A DNA stretch of 64,000 nt. Origin: Campylobacteraceae bacterium. GTDB taxonomy: Bacteria > Campylobacterota > Campylobacteria > Campylobacterales > BB28. Location: assembly GCA_016744535.1 (NCBI GenBank), contig JADGEE010000004.1, positions 917-64,916 of the forward strand. The letters run 5' to 3'. The notes below the pieces were generated by a model that saw nothing but the letters and a program-made list of their open reading frames with translations, did no database searches and was not told the origin of the DNA. Shown in pieces: positions 39,444 through 48,220 of this stretch. The translations under genes and the position numbers were made by a program. Each line of letters starts with the position of its first letter. Within the stretch, counting starts at the first letter, position 1.

Positions 39444-40934
39444 TTAAGATTTTAATTTAAATCCAAAAATTGTTATATCGTCATTTCTTTCAGCATCTTT
39501 TTGATAATTTTTAAGTTCAACTAAAATACTATTTTTTTGATTTTTAAAGCTATCTTTATAATTTTTAAATAATAAGCCTTCTAATCTTTTCTTTCCAAAA
39601 GTAACTCTACTATTACTTTTATATTGGTCAATCATACCATCAGTTGCAATATAAAAACAACTCTCTGTACTGATATCAACTTCGTGATTTGTAAATTTAA
39701 AGTTTGCTTTTGAGCGTTTATAACCAATTGATTGTTTATCTGGTTTTATACTTTCAAGTTTTTCATTTTGAATATAAAAGATAGATGTTTTAGCACTAGC
39801 AAATATAACTTTTTTATTTTTTGTATCATAAAAAGCAATAGCACCATCAAGTCCCGTATTAGAAGTTGCATCTTTTCTATCTTGTTTTAAAAGAATTTTT
39901 ATTCTTTCACTTAATAGTGATAATATAATAGCTGGATTATTATAATTAGTTTTATTTACAACTGAACTAAAAGCTGCCTTAGTTATCATAGTCATAAATG
40001 CTCCAGTAACACCATGTCCCATACAATCAGCTACCATTATTAAACATCCATCCTCAAACTCTTCAAATAGATATATATCACCACCAACAATATCTTTTGG
40101 TTCCCAAATAACAAAATAGTCATCAAAGAAATTATCCATTGGATTATGAAGAGGTAAAATAGAATTTTGAATCATAGCCGAAAAATTTATATTATCTGTT
40201 ATCTTTTTTTTAGCTTGTTGTAGTTTTTTATGCTCTTCTTGTAACTCTTTAGTTCTCTGTTCTACTTTAAGTTCTAATATTTTTTTTTCTCTCTCCATAG
40301 TTCTAATATATAACATAATGATTGGTATTATAAGTAATAAAAAGAAGAGTCCAGTTAAAATAGCATAAAAAAGCTCATCTCTCAAAATAGATTTAACATC
40401 ACTAATATCCATATCTGCACCAATGATATAAGTTCTTCCATTTGCATCTTTTCTAGCACTTAAAACAGTTTTATAACTACCCCATTTGTCTTCACTATTT
40501 TCAAATATAGGTTCTTTAGCTTCAAAGGCATCATTATAAAATCCTGTAGCATTCTCTTTATAAACATCATAATAGAGAGCTACCATATTTTTTTCAACTT
40601 CCTCTTGAGTATAGTTACCAGAGGTAAATCTAATTGTTGTTCCATCTTTAATAAATGTAGTAAGATAGAGTAAATTATCTACTAAAGCTACATATTCATT
40701 AAGTTTCTCACTCATCTCTGAATATAACTCTTTTGAAATAGAGTTTTCATCAACGATATTGTCGTGATAATCTTTAGGTAAAATTAATGGAATAGCTAAA
40801 GATGCAGTTAATAGCTTGTCCTCTATACCTTTCATAACATCTTGTTCTGTTTTAAGATATGAATAATATCCATATCCTCCAATACCCATTATATAAATAA
40901 CAATTACTAAAAATATAATTGTATGTTTTTTCAT
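39444..40934 (-). CDS. Membrane sensor with SpoIIE/PP2C phosphatase output
   Basis: VGGDIY, VADCMGHGVTGA, TGLDG, ATDGMIDQ, RNDDIT; N-terminal sensor nearly identical in layout to that of the cyclase at 25006-26499. Confidence 0.88.
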   Translation of the reverse strand: MKKHTIIFLVIVIYIMGIGGYGYYSYLKTEQDVMKGIEDKLLTASLAIPLILPKDYHDNIVDENSISKELYSEMSEKLNEYVALVDNLLYLTTFIKDGTTIRFTSGNYTQEEVEKNMVALYYDVYKENATGFYNDAFEAKEPIFENSEDKWGSYKTVLSARKDANGRTYIIGADMDISDVKSILRDELFYAILTGLFFLLLIIPIIMLYIRTMEREKKILELKVEQRTKELQEEHKKLQQAKKKITDNINFSAMIQNSILPLHNPMDNFFDDYFVIWEPKDIVGGDIYLFEEFEDGCLIMVADCMGHGVTGAFMTMITKAAFSSVVNKTNYNNPAIILSLLSERIKILLKQDRKDATSNTGLDGAIAFYDTKNKKVIFASAKTSIFYIQNEKLESIKPDKQSIGYKRSKANFKFTNHEVDISTESCFYIATDGMIDQYKSNSRVTFGKKRLEGLLFKNYKDSFKNQKNSILVELKNYQKDAERNDDITIFGFKLKS

Positions 40935-42904
40935 TCTTTGCCTTTTGGTTTTTTTAGTTTTAATTTTTTTCTATTTGTTAATATAGAATTAGCTAAAGAT
41001 GCTATAAAAGTTCCTTCATAAAATAATATAGAACTAAATATTCCTAAATGAAATAAAAATACACCACCTACAAAAAAGGTAGATGGAATTAAAACTAAAT
41101 TAAAACCTCTTTTAATATTGGAATTAAACTCTTGTGAAATTTCAAATAAATTATCAAGTTCTCTTAAACTCTTATCTAATAAGATAATTTGTGCAGTATC
41201 TGTGGCAATACTTGACGCACCTCTCATTGAGATTGAAACATTAGCTTTTTTTAAAGCTATTGAATCATTTATTCCATCACCTATAAAACATACTTTTTTA
41301 CCATCTTTTTGTAACTTTTCTATTAACATAGATTTATCTTCTGGAAGTGATTGTGCAAAATATTTATCTATTCTTAACTCTTTGGCTAAATGTTTAGTTG
41401 GAATCTCGTGATCACCTGAAATAATATAAATTGATAAATTTCTATTTTTTAGTTTTTCTATAATCTCTTTCGCTTCTTTTCTAATTGTTGGTCTTAACTC
41501 TAAAACTCCTTCTAAAATACTGTCTATTGCTATATAAATAGTAGAGTAACCAAGTTTATTAGCTTTATCTGATAAATTATGTATATTTTGAGGAATATTA
41601 ATCTTCTCTATCTCCATAAATTTTTTACTACCAACTAATATAAATTTATCATCTATTTTAACTTTTATTCCATATCCAATTTCATAATAGTTTTCATCTA
41701 TTGTTAATAATTTTAAATTTCGCTCATTAGCTTTTTTTATAATTGCTTTTGCAATAGGATGAGTTTGTTTATATTCTGCCGTAGCAGCAAAGAGTAAAAT
41801 TTCACTCTTTGTTAAATTATTACAAGTATAAATATCACCAACATATGGTTCTTCTTCTGTAAGAGTTCCAGTCTTATCAAATACGATAGTGTCTATATCA
41901 TTTAATACTTCAAGTGAGCGACCATCTTTTATAAAAATACTGTTTTCATTAGCTAAAGTTAAAAAATTAATCATACTAATAGGAGTTGAAACTCTTATTG
42001 CTTCTGTAAAATTACTACTTAATATAGTAATAGAACTATATGCACCTAAACTAAATAGACCTAATGTGGCTAATCCAACTGTAGGTAAAACTGTATTATC
42101 TGAAATTTTTTCAGCTTTAGTATTCAAAGATAATTCAAAATCATCAGTAGAATTTAGAACTTGTTCAATTTGAGTTGCAATACTTTGCTCACCTGTAGTT
42201 TGAACTTTAATATAAATTTTTCCAGCAATTACAATAGTAAAGGCAAATACACTATCACCTTTCTCTTTTTCACTAGGTTGTGCCTCTCCTGTTAAGGCTT
42301 GTTGATTTATAGTTGCAATTCCAGCCTCAACCACTCCATCTATTGGAATAACTTCTCCAGCATTAACTACAATTATGTCTCCTATTGAGAGTTTAGATAT
42401 TTCTATTTTTGTCTCTATATTATGAGTAACTAACCATACAAAACTTGGTCTTTCCGTAAAAACTTTAATTATATTTTTACGATTTTTATCTCTAGTTCTC
42501 TCCAGTAATTCAATTGATGAAAAATATACTAAATTTAGTACACTTGTAAAAAAATAGTATCCATAACTTAAACCTGCTATTATCGCAACTGAATCTAATA
42601 TTTCAACTTTTATTTTTCTATTTTTTAAGTTTATGAAAGCCTTTTTAAATATAGGAAAACCTACATATAAATTTATAGGAATTGCTGTTAAAGCTATTGG
42701 CTTATAAAGAAGAGTACCTAAAATAGTTGTACCAACCCCAATCAATGAAGTTTTCAAATAAAAGCTATTCTCTTTTTCACTTAAAATAGTATTTTTTGGC
42801 TCGTTCTCTTGTACTTTATCATCTTTATCTTTAATCTTATTATATATACTATTCCCAACATATATAGCACCAGCACCTATTGCTACAGCGACTAAATGTA
42901 ACAT
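40931..42904 (-). CDS. P1B-type ATPase with atypical TM metal motif (P1B-6/FezB-like)
   Basis: LTGE, DKTGT, HP, TGD-like SGDH, GDGINDS; NFTEAIRVSTP where CPC or DYSC is expected. Confidence 0.85.
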   Translation of the reverse strand: MLHLVAVAIGAGAIYVGNSIYNKIKDKDDKVQENEPKNTILSEKENSFYLKTSLIGVGTTILGTLLYKPIALTAIPINLYVGFPIFKKAFINLKNRKIKVEILDSVAIIAGLSYGYYFFTSVLNLVYFSSIELLERTRDKNRKNIIKVFTERPSFVWLVTHNIETKIEISKLSIGDIIVVNAGEVIPIDGVVEAGIATINQQALTGEAQPSEKEKGDSVFAFTIVIAGKIYIKVQTTGEQSIATQIEQVLNSTDDFELSLNTKAEKISDNTVLPTVGLATLGLFSLGAYSSITILSSNFTEAIRVSTPISMINFLTLANENSIFIKDGRSLEVLNDIDTIVFDKTGTLTEEEPYVGDIYTCNNLTKSEILLFAATAEYKQTHPIAKAIIKKANERNLKLLTIDENYYEIGYGIKVKIDDKFILVGSKKFMEIEKINIPQNIHNLSDKANKLGYSTIYIAIDSILEGVLELRPTIRKEAKEIIEKLKNRNLSIYIISGDHEIPTKHLAKELRIDKYFAQSLPEDKSMLIEKLQKDGKKVCFIGDGINDSIALKKANVSISMRGASSIATDTAQIILLDKSLRELDNLFEISQEFNSNIKRGFNLVLIPSTFFVGGVFLFHLGIFSSILFYEGTFIASLANSILTNRKKLKLKKPKGKE

Positions 42905-42928
42905 TTAAATTCCTTTAAATTATATTAA

Positions 42929-43861
42929 TTAATTTAAAAAATGAGATAGTGATGTAAAATCTTGAGTTTTATTAAATTGTTTAATACCCTCTTTGATTTT
43001 CAATTTAAAATTAGGTGTATATGTATAATCACCATAAGTTTCCGCATTATTTTCTGACCATAATCCTGTGTATATAGGTATATTATTTAAATCTCTTGTT
43101 TGGGCTATTACTTTTAAAACACTCTCAATTTTTGGTGGTTTATACTTATGCAAAGCAAACTCTTTTGCTAGAGCTGAACCTTTTGCTACATAAACAGGAT
43201 TTAAATATATTATAATTTCTGTATTATATTTTTGACATATTTTATACAGATATTCTATTGTTGCTTTTGCCTCCTCTATTCCATCTTCTTCACTCATAGT
43301 AGGTGAAGGTTTTAATAAAACATAAGAGGTTAATCTAATTCCTAGTTCTCCTAATAATTTTACTTTTTTTTCAAAAATATTTTTTTTCATATTTTTTTTT
43401 AAAATAACTTCTCTTATATAATCATCTTGAGATTCAAATCCTACTGTAACATCAATTTTTTTTGCATTTGTCATTTGCAAAGTTTCTATGATTTTTTCTC
43501 TATTTATATATTCAGGTCTAGTCTCTAAAGATAAAACTTCTAAATATGGAAGTTTTTCACTAGCATTTTGTAAAAGATACTCCATTGCATCTTTGGGAAA
43601 TCTCTGTCTATCTAAAATTGAACCCTCATTTCCAACTGATAACTGTCTGAATTTATCTAAATTATTTGCATATTTATCAAAAACCCAATCAATTTGTCTC
43701 TCTATCTGCTCAACTGATAAAGGCTCATCGTGTGAGGCTTCAGGAAGGTTACAAAAACTACACTCAAATTGACATCTTTGGGCATAAAAACTTATTACTA
43801 AATCTTTTTTACCTAAAAAAGTTCTATCTCCATCATATATTGGTAAAGGAAACTCTTGCAT
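42929..43861 (-). CDS. Radical SAM protein, RaSEA/TIGR01210-like (copy 2)
   Basis: CQFECSFC (CxxxCxxC), GSILD, LETRPEY, VGFES, YVLLKP, LNPVYV. Confidence 0.8.
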   Translation of the reverse strand: MQEFPLPIYDGDRTFLGKKDLVISFYAQRCQFECSFCNLPEASHDEPLSVEQIERQIDWVFDKYANNLDKFRQLSVGNEGSILDRQRFPKDAMEYLLQNASEKLPYLEVLSLETRPEYINREKIIETLQMTNAKKIDVTVGFESQDDYIREVILKKNMKKNIFEKKVKLLGELGIRLTSYVLLKPSPTMSEEDGIEEAKATIEYLYKICQKYNTEIIIYLNPVYVAKGSALAKEFALHKYKPPKIESVLKVIAQTRDLNNIPIYTGLWSENNAETYGDYTYTPNFKLKIKEGIKQFNKTQDFTSLSHFLN

Positions 43862-44409
43862 TAAAATAACTCCCCAGATATAAAATTTTTTAAATAACTC
43901 TCTTTATCTCTATTTTCCATCTTTGTCTCTAAATACTCTTGCCATAAATCATACTCAAACTTCATTATTCTAATCTCCCAAGTACAAGCAACACCTGTTT
44001 TATCTAAAGTTTTTTTAGAAAGATTAGGATATGAATCCTCTATTGTATAAGTATATGTAAATAAGACATTTCCTCTTCCCCAAATATTTATACTTAAAAA
44101 TCCTTGAGATAAAATTGCAAATCCAACCCCTTGTTTTATATCAATACTATTATTATCAATCTCTTTTTTTATGAAATCATTTAAACCATCAATTAAATTT
44201 TGAGGAAGAGGTTGGCTCTCTCTTAACATATGATATAGTTTTATAATAATTTTATCGTGTACAAAAAAACCAATAGGTTTAGAACTTCTTTTAATATATT
44301 GGTATGTTTTTTTGTATTGATCCGCTAAATTATCAATATTGCAGTGATTTTTAATATAATTCTTATCTACAAAAGATGGTAATTCAATTTCTATTTCTAT
44401 TGATTGCAT
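43861..44409 (-). CDS. Hypothetical protein
   Basis: 182-aa ORF coupled to both neighbours; GVGFAIL and ACTWEIRIMKFEYDLW segments look like a conserved uncharacterised family. Confidence 0.6.
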   Translation of the reverse strand: MQSIEIEIELPSFVDKNYIKNHCNIDNLADQYKKTYQYIKRSSKPIGFFVHDKIIIKLYHMLRESQPLPQNLIDGLNDFIKKEIDNNSIDIKQGVGFAILSQGFLSINIWGRGNVLFTYTYTIEDSYPNLSKKTLDKTGVACTWEIRIMKFEYDLWQEYLETKMENRDKESYLKNFISGELF

Positions 44410-44452
44410 TTTTACTTATCCTCTCTTTTAATAACTCTAAAATTTATTTTTT

Positions 44453-45406
44453 TTAAAAAAATGTTACAAACTCAGGTTTACAACTACAATTAGGAAGGTT
44501 ACTAAGTAGCAATTTAATATTATGATGTTTGTTAAATTTATTAATCTCTTCTCTAAATTTCGCATCACACTTCCCACAATTACACGGAAAAGAATCTAAA
44601 TTATTATTCTCTGTTGATAAACCTAAATGGATCGTAAAAGGAAGCTCTTTTATAAGATATAACATTTGAGCAAGACTCCACAATTTTGGAGATGTATAAT
44701 TAGCCTCTTTCGCTATAGTAGAAAATTTTGTATCTTTTACAACATAAACTGGACTAATATCGATTATAAATGTTGTATTATACTTTTTAGCTAATTTATC
44801 AAGATATTTAAGTGTAATTACACTATCTTCAATACCCTCTTCTTCAGTCATATATGGAGATGGTTTTAGTAGAGTGTATATTTTAATAAAAATATTATTA
44901 TCTGCCAATAATTTAATTTTCTCTTCAAATAGTTTTTTAGAAAGAGCTTTTTTTAACACTTTTTGTCTAATATAATCATCACTTGTCTCAAAACCAACAG
45001 CAAATTCAAATGGTACATTTCCCAAAACAGATTTTAATTCATCAATTTTTTTTTGGGTAATAAAATCTATTCTAGTTTCAAGACTTAGTTTTGGAAATAA
45101 TTTACCTACATATTCTGTGATTTTTACTAAAGTTGAAAATGTTAAAGTTTTTTCATCCAATAATGAACCATCGTTTCCAAAAGAAAATAACTCAACCTCG
45201 TGAAGTCTATCTTTATATCTCTCAATTACATCATAAATTTGTTGAATAATATCTTTATCAGATATTTTAAAATCTTGATTTTGAGATCTATAAGCACACA
45301 TTAAACAGTTAAAACGACACGGTTTTGTTCTTAGTGATACTGTTAGCTCTTTACCATCTGGCCCATTATACAATCCTTGATATGTCGGAGTAATATTTTG
45401 ATTCAT
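44453..45406 (-). CDS. Radical SAM protein, RaSEA/TIGR01210-like (copy 1)
   Basis: LRTKPCRFNCLMCAY, GSLLD, LETR, VGFETSDD, YTLLKP, PKLWS and C-terminal NCGKCD. Confidence 0.85.
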   Translation of the reverse strand: MNQNITPTYQGLYNGPDGKELTVSLRTKPCRFNCLMCAYRSQNQDFKISDKDIIQQIYDVIERYKDRLHEVELFSFGNDGSLLDEKTLTFSTLVKITEYVGKLFPKLSLETRIDFITQKKIDELKSVLGNVPFEFAVGFETSDDYIRQKVLKKALSKKLFEEKIKLLADNNIFIKIYTLLKPSPYMTEEEGIEDSVITLKYLDKLAKKYNTTFIIDISPVYVVKDTKFSTIAKEANYTSPKLWSLAQMLYLIKELPFTIHLGLSTENNNLDSFPCNCGKCDAKFREEINKFNKHHNIKLLLSNLPNCSCKPEFVTFF

Positions 45407-46167
45407 TGTTTTTCCTTACCCTTAAACTCTTCATATTCTTGTTGCATAATCATATCAACACAACTATAGCCTCCATCAATTACAATAGTTGAACCATTAA
45501 TAAAACTAGCATTATCTGAAACTAAAAAACTAACAAGATTAGCAACCTCTTTAGAAGTACCATTTCTACCAAGAGGTGTTATATTATATGCTTTACTCGA
45601 AGATTCAGAATACTCTGTACCAGAATCTACCCAACCAATTGCAATAGCATTAACCCTAATTTTTTTAAGTCCTAAATTATTAGCTAAGCTTTTAGTAACA
45701 CTTCGTTGAGCTGAACGACTAGCACTGTGTGAAATACTTAAAAATGAACCACTAAAAGAATCCACTCCTACTATATTGACGACAGAACCTCCTTCTTTGA
45801 TACTATTTTGAAGTTTTAATACGATTAAAAAAGGAGCTGTTACATTTACTTCAAACTCTTTATCCCATATTTCCATATTAAAATCATCAAACTCATTTAA
45901 TGAAAATATCCCTGCACAATTAATAATAGTATCAAAAGAAATTTTTTTTAATTTATCAATAAAAGCTAAAGTCTCTTTCCGTTTACTAAAATCTACTTTA
46001 AATATTTCTATATTTTGTAACTGTTTTTTAATCAACTTTGCTTCGTTTTCTCTAGTATTATAAGTTCCATAGATAAAAAAACCTTTATTGACTAATTCTT
46101 CACAAATCTTTTTCCCAATTCCGCTAGATATACCTGTAACTAAAGCTATTTTTGTTATATTTATCAT
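45403..46167 (-). CDS. Short-chain dehydrogenase/reductase with non-canonical active site
   Basis: TGISSGIG, NCAG, IRVNAI, NGS..VIDGG; HSASR in place of YxxxK. Confidence 0.85.
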   Translation of the reverse strand: MINITKIALVTGISSGIGKKICEELVNKGFFIYGTYNTRENEAKLIKKQLQNIEIFKVDFSKRKETLAFIDKLKKISFDTIINCAGIFSLNEFDDFNMEIWDKEFEVNVTAPFLIVLKLQNSIKEGGSVVNIVGVDSFSGSFLSISHSASRSAQRSVTKSLANNLGLKKIRVNAIAIGWVDSGTEYSESSSKAYNITPLGRNGTSKEVANLVSFLVSDNASFINGSTIVIDGGYSCVDMIMQQEYEEFKGKEKQ

Positions 46168-46907
46168 TATTTTTTTACAACTCTAAAACTCAAACCATTT
46201 CCTCTGACACTTAATTTATTCCAATCTCTCGCTGCACATCTAATTAAATCATATGAATATTTCCATCCTGCACTTCTAACAACTTTTAATTTATTTAAAT
46301 CATTAATATTTTCTCGTCCATCATTTTCTTGATATGGATATATAAACTCTGGATTATCTTTATCTTTACCCCATATAGTGCTTGTCCATTCCCAAGTATT
46401 ACCAGCCATATCAAATAAGCCATAATAACTCTTACCTAACTCATAAAAATCTACACTATTAGTATCACCTATGAATTTTTCAAAATTTGCAAACTTATTA
46501 CTTATTTTCTCATTTCCCCAAGGATAGACTCTCTTATCATCTCCTCTTGCTGATTTCTCCCACTCTGCCTCTGTTGGTAACTGGACACCAGCCCAATCAC
46601 AAAATGCTTTTGCATCAAGCCAAGTTACCCAAACAATAGGGTGATTAGCTTTTTTAGTTGGAAATCCATCTCTCCAAATTTTATCTCTATCTTTCCAATC
46701 GTAATTGCTAGCTTCTAAAAAAACTCTCCATTGCGTATTTGTAATAAGAGTTTTTGTTATATAAAATTCATCTAAATATATTTTATGTTGAGGTAATTCA
46801 GTTTTTTTAGCCCATTCACTTTTTGACGCAACTATATCCTCTTTTAAATCTGTCCCCATCCAAAATTTACCTTTTGGAATTTTTACCCAATCAAATTTTA
46901 TCTTCAT
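46167..46907 (-). CDS. Formylglycine-generating enzyme (FGE-sulfatase) domain protein
   Basis: FWMG, HPIVWVTWLDA, LPTEAEWEKSARG, YPWG, DMAGNTWEW, RCAAR, SFRVV. Confidence 0.9.
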   Translation of the reverse strand: MKIKFDWVKIPKGKFWMGTDLKEDIVASKSEWAKKTELPQHKIYLDEFYITKTLITNTQWRVFLEASNYDWKDRDKIWRDGFPTKKANHPIVWVTWLDAKAFCDWAGVQLPTEAEWEKSARGDDKRVYPWGNEKISNKFANFEKFIGDTNSVDFYELGKSYYGLFDMAGNTWEWTSTIWGKDKDNPEFIYPYQENDGRENINDLNKLKVVRSAGWKYSYDLIRCAARDWNKLSVRGNGLSFRVVKK

Positions 46908-46918
46908 AAACTCTCTCT

Positions 46919-48058
46919 CTAAACTAATTTATCTCTATAATAACTATAATCAAACTCTTTAATTAATTTAAAATTATTATCTTTTGTCCATATTCCAAGT
47001 GATGGTAACTTTATCCCATTAAAAGTATTATTTCTAACAAAACTATAAATAGCCATATTCTCAAAAATAACTTTATCTCCAACTTTTAAGAGTTCTTTAA
47101 AAGAGTAATCTCCTATCATATCACCAGCTAAGCAACTAACTCCTCCAAATCTATAACTATATTTGAATTCATCTGCTTTACCTGCTAAATAAACTTTTGG
47201 CTGTATTGACATCTCAATAACATCAGGCATATGATTTGAGGCTGATACATTTAAAATTGCAACTTGCATACTATTTTCGATAATATCTAATACACTACCT
47301 ACTAATACACCAGCATTTAATGCCACAGCTTCTCCTAGTTCAAAATATATATCTATATTATATTTACTCTTAAAATTTTTAATTATATCAATTAACTTTT
47401 CTATATTGTAATCATCTTTAGTTATTAAGTGTCCTCCACCAAAATTAATCCACTCTAAATCTTTTAAGTATTTTCCAAATTTATCTTCTATAACTTTAAG
47501 AGTTCGCTCTAATGCATCTACGTTTTGTTGGCAATGTGTATGAAAGTGTAAACCACTAATTTGATTTAATAGATTTTCATCTTCTTTAATCTCTCTTTTA
47601 AAAACTTTTTCTATAACTCCTAATCGACTTCCTTCTGCACAAGTATTATACACTTCTTGAGAGACTTCTGAATATTCGGGATTAATTCGTAAACCTATTT
47701 TTTTATCTCTGCATCTATTTGAAAATTTTTTTAATTGACTAAAAGAGTTAAAAATTATATGATTTGAGTTATTACAAATTTCATCTATATCATTTTCACA
47801 AAAAGCAGGTGAGTATGTGTGAACCTCTTTTTGAAAAAACTCTTTTCCAAGCTTAGCCTCCCACAATCCGCTGGTTGAAACACCATATAAATATTTTCCA
47901 ATTAAAGGAAAAGTCTCACACAAAGCATAACCTTTTAGGGCAAGTAAAATTTTAGCTCCACTCTCATTTTGAATATGATTTAATTTTTGTAAGTTTTTTT
48001 CAAGTAAATTCTCTATTACAACATAACAAGGTGATGGAATTAAATTTAAATCAATCAA
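46919..48058 (-). CDS. Second, diverged NspC-like PLP-dependent decarboxylase
   Basis: LALKGY, HFHTHCQQN, FGGGH, CLAGD; colinear with nspC at 37511; TTG start after GGAGG. Confidence 0.88.
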   Translation of the reverse strand: MIDLNLIPSPCYVVIENLLEKNLQKLNHIQNESGAKILLALKGYALCETFPLIGKYLYGVSTSGLWEAKLGKEFFQKEVHTYSPAFCENDIDEICNNSNHIIFNSFSQLKKFSNRCRDKKIGLRINPEYSEVSQEVYNTCAEGSRLGVIEKVFKREIKEDENLLNQISGLHFHTHCQQNVDALERTLKVIEDKFGKYLKDLEWINFGGGHLITKDDYNIEKLIDIIKNFKSKYNIDIYFELGEAVALNAGVLVGSVLDIIENSMQVAILNVSASNHMPDVIEMSIQPKVYLAGKADEFKYSYRFGGVSCLAGDMIGDYSFKELLKVGDKVIFENMAIYSFVRNNTFNGIKLPSLGIWTKDNNFKLIKEFDYSYYRDKLV

Positions 48059-48106
48059 TAGTACCTCCGAATACTTAATAAAATATAATAATACAATTAG
48101 CCAATA

Positions 48107-48135
48107 TTATCATATTTTTTTATAAAATATGATAA
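48107..48135. promoter_or_regulatory. 12-bp inverted repeat in the divergent promoter region
   Basis: TTATCATATTTT-N5-AAAATATGATAA. Confidence 0.45.
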
Positions 48136-48220
48136 CATTTCGTTATTTAAGTCTATTCTTTATAAAAATAAAGTAATATTTTAGACTTAAAAAAATAGCA
48201 TCCTAAAATAATGAGGAGAG

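Noticed and set aside
42929-45406. Archaeosine or 7-deazaguanine DNA-modification (dpd) system
   Set aside because: No tgt/dpdA, queC/D/E, folE or arcS homologue in the window.
40931-48220. RiPP interpretation of the radical SAM cluster
   Set aside because: No short precursor ORF, RRE/PqqD domain, SPASM motif or peptidase found; intergenic gaps are too small. A distant precursor cannot be excluded.
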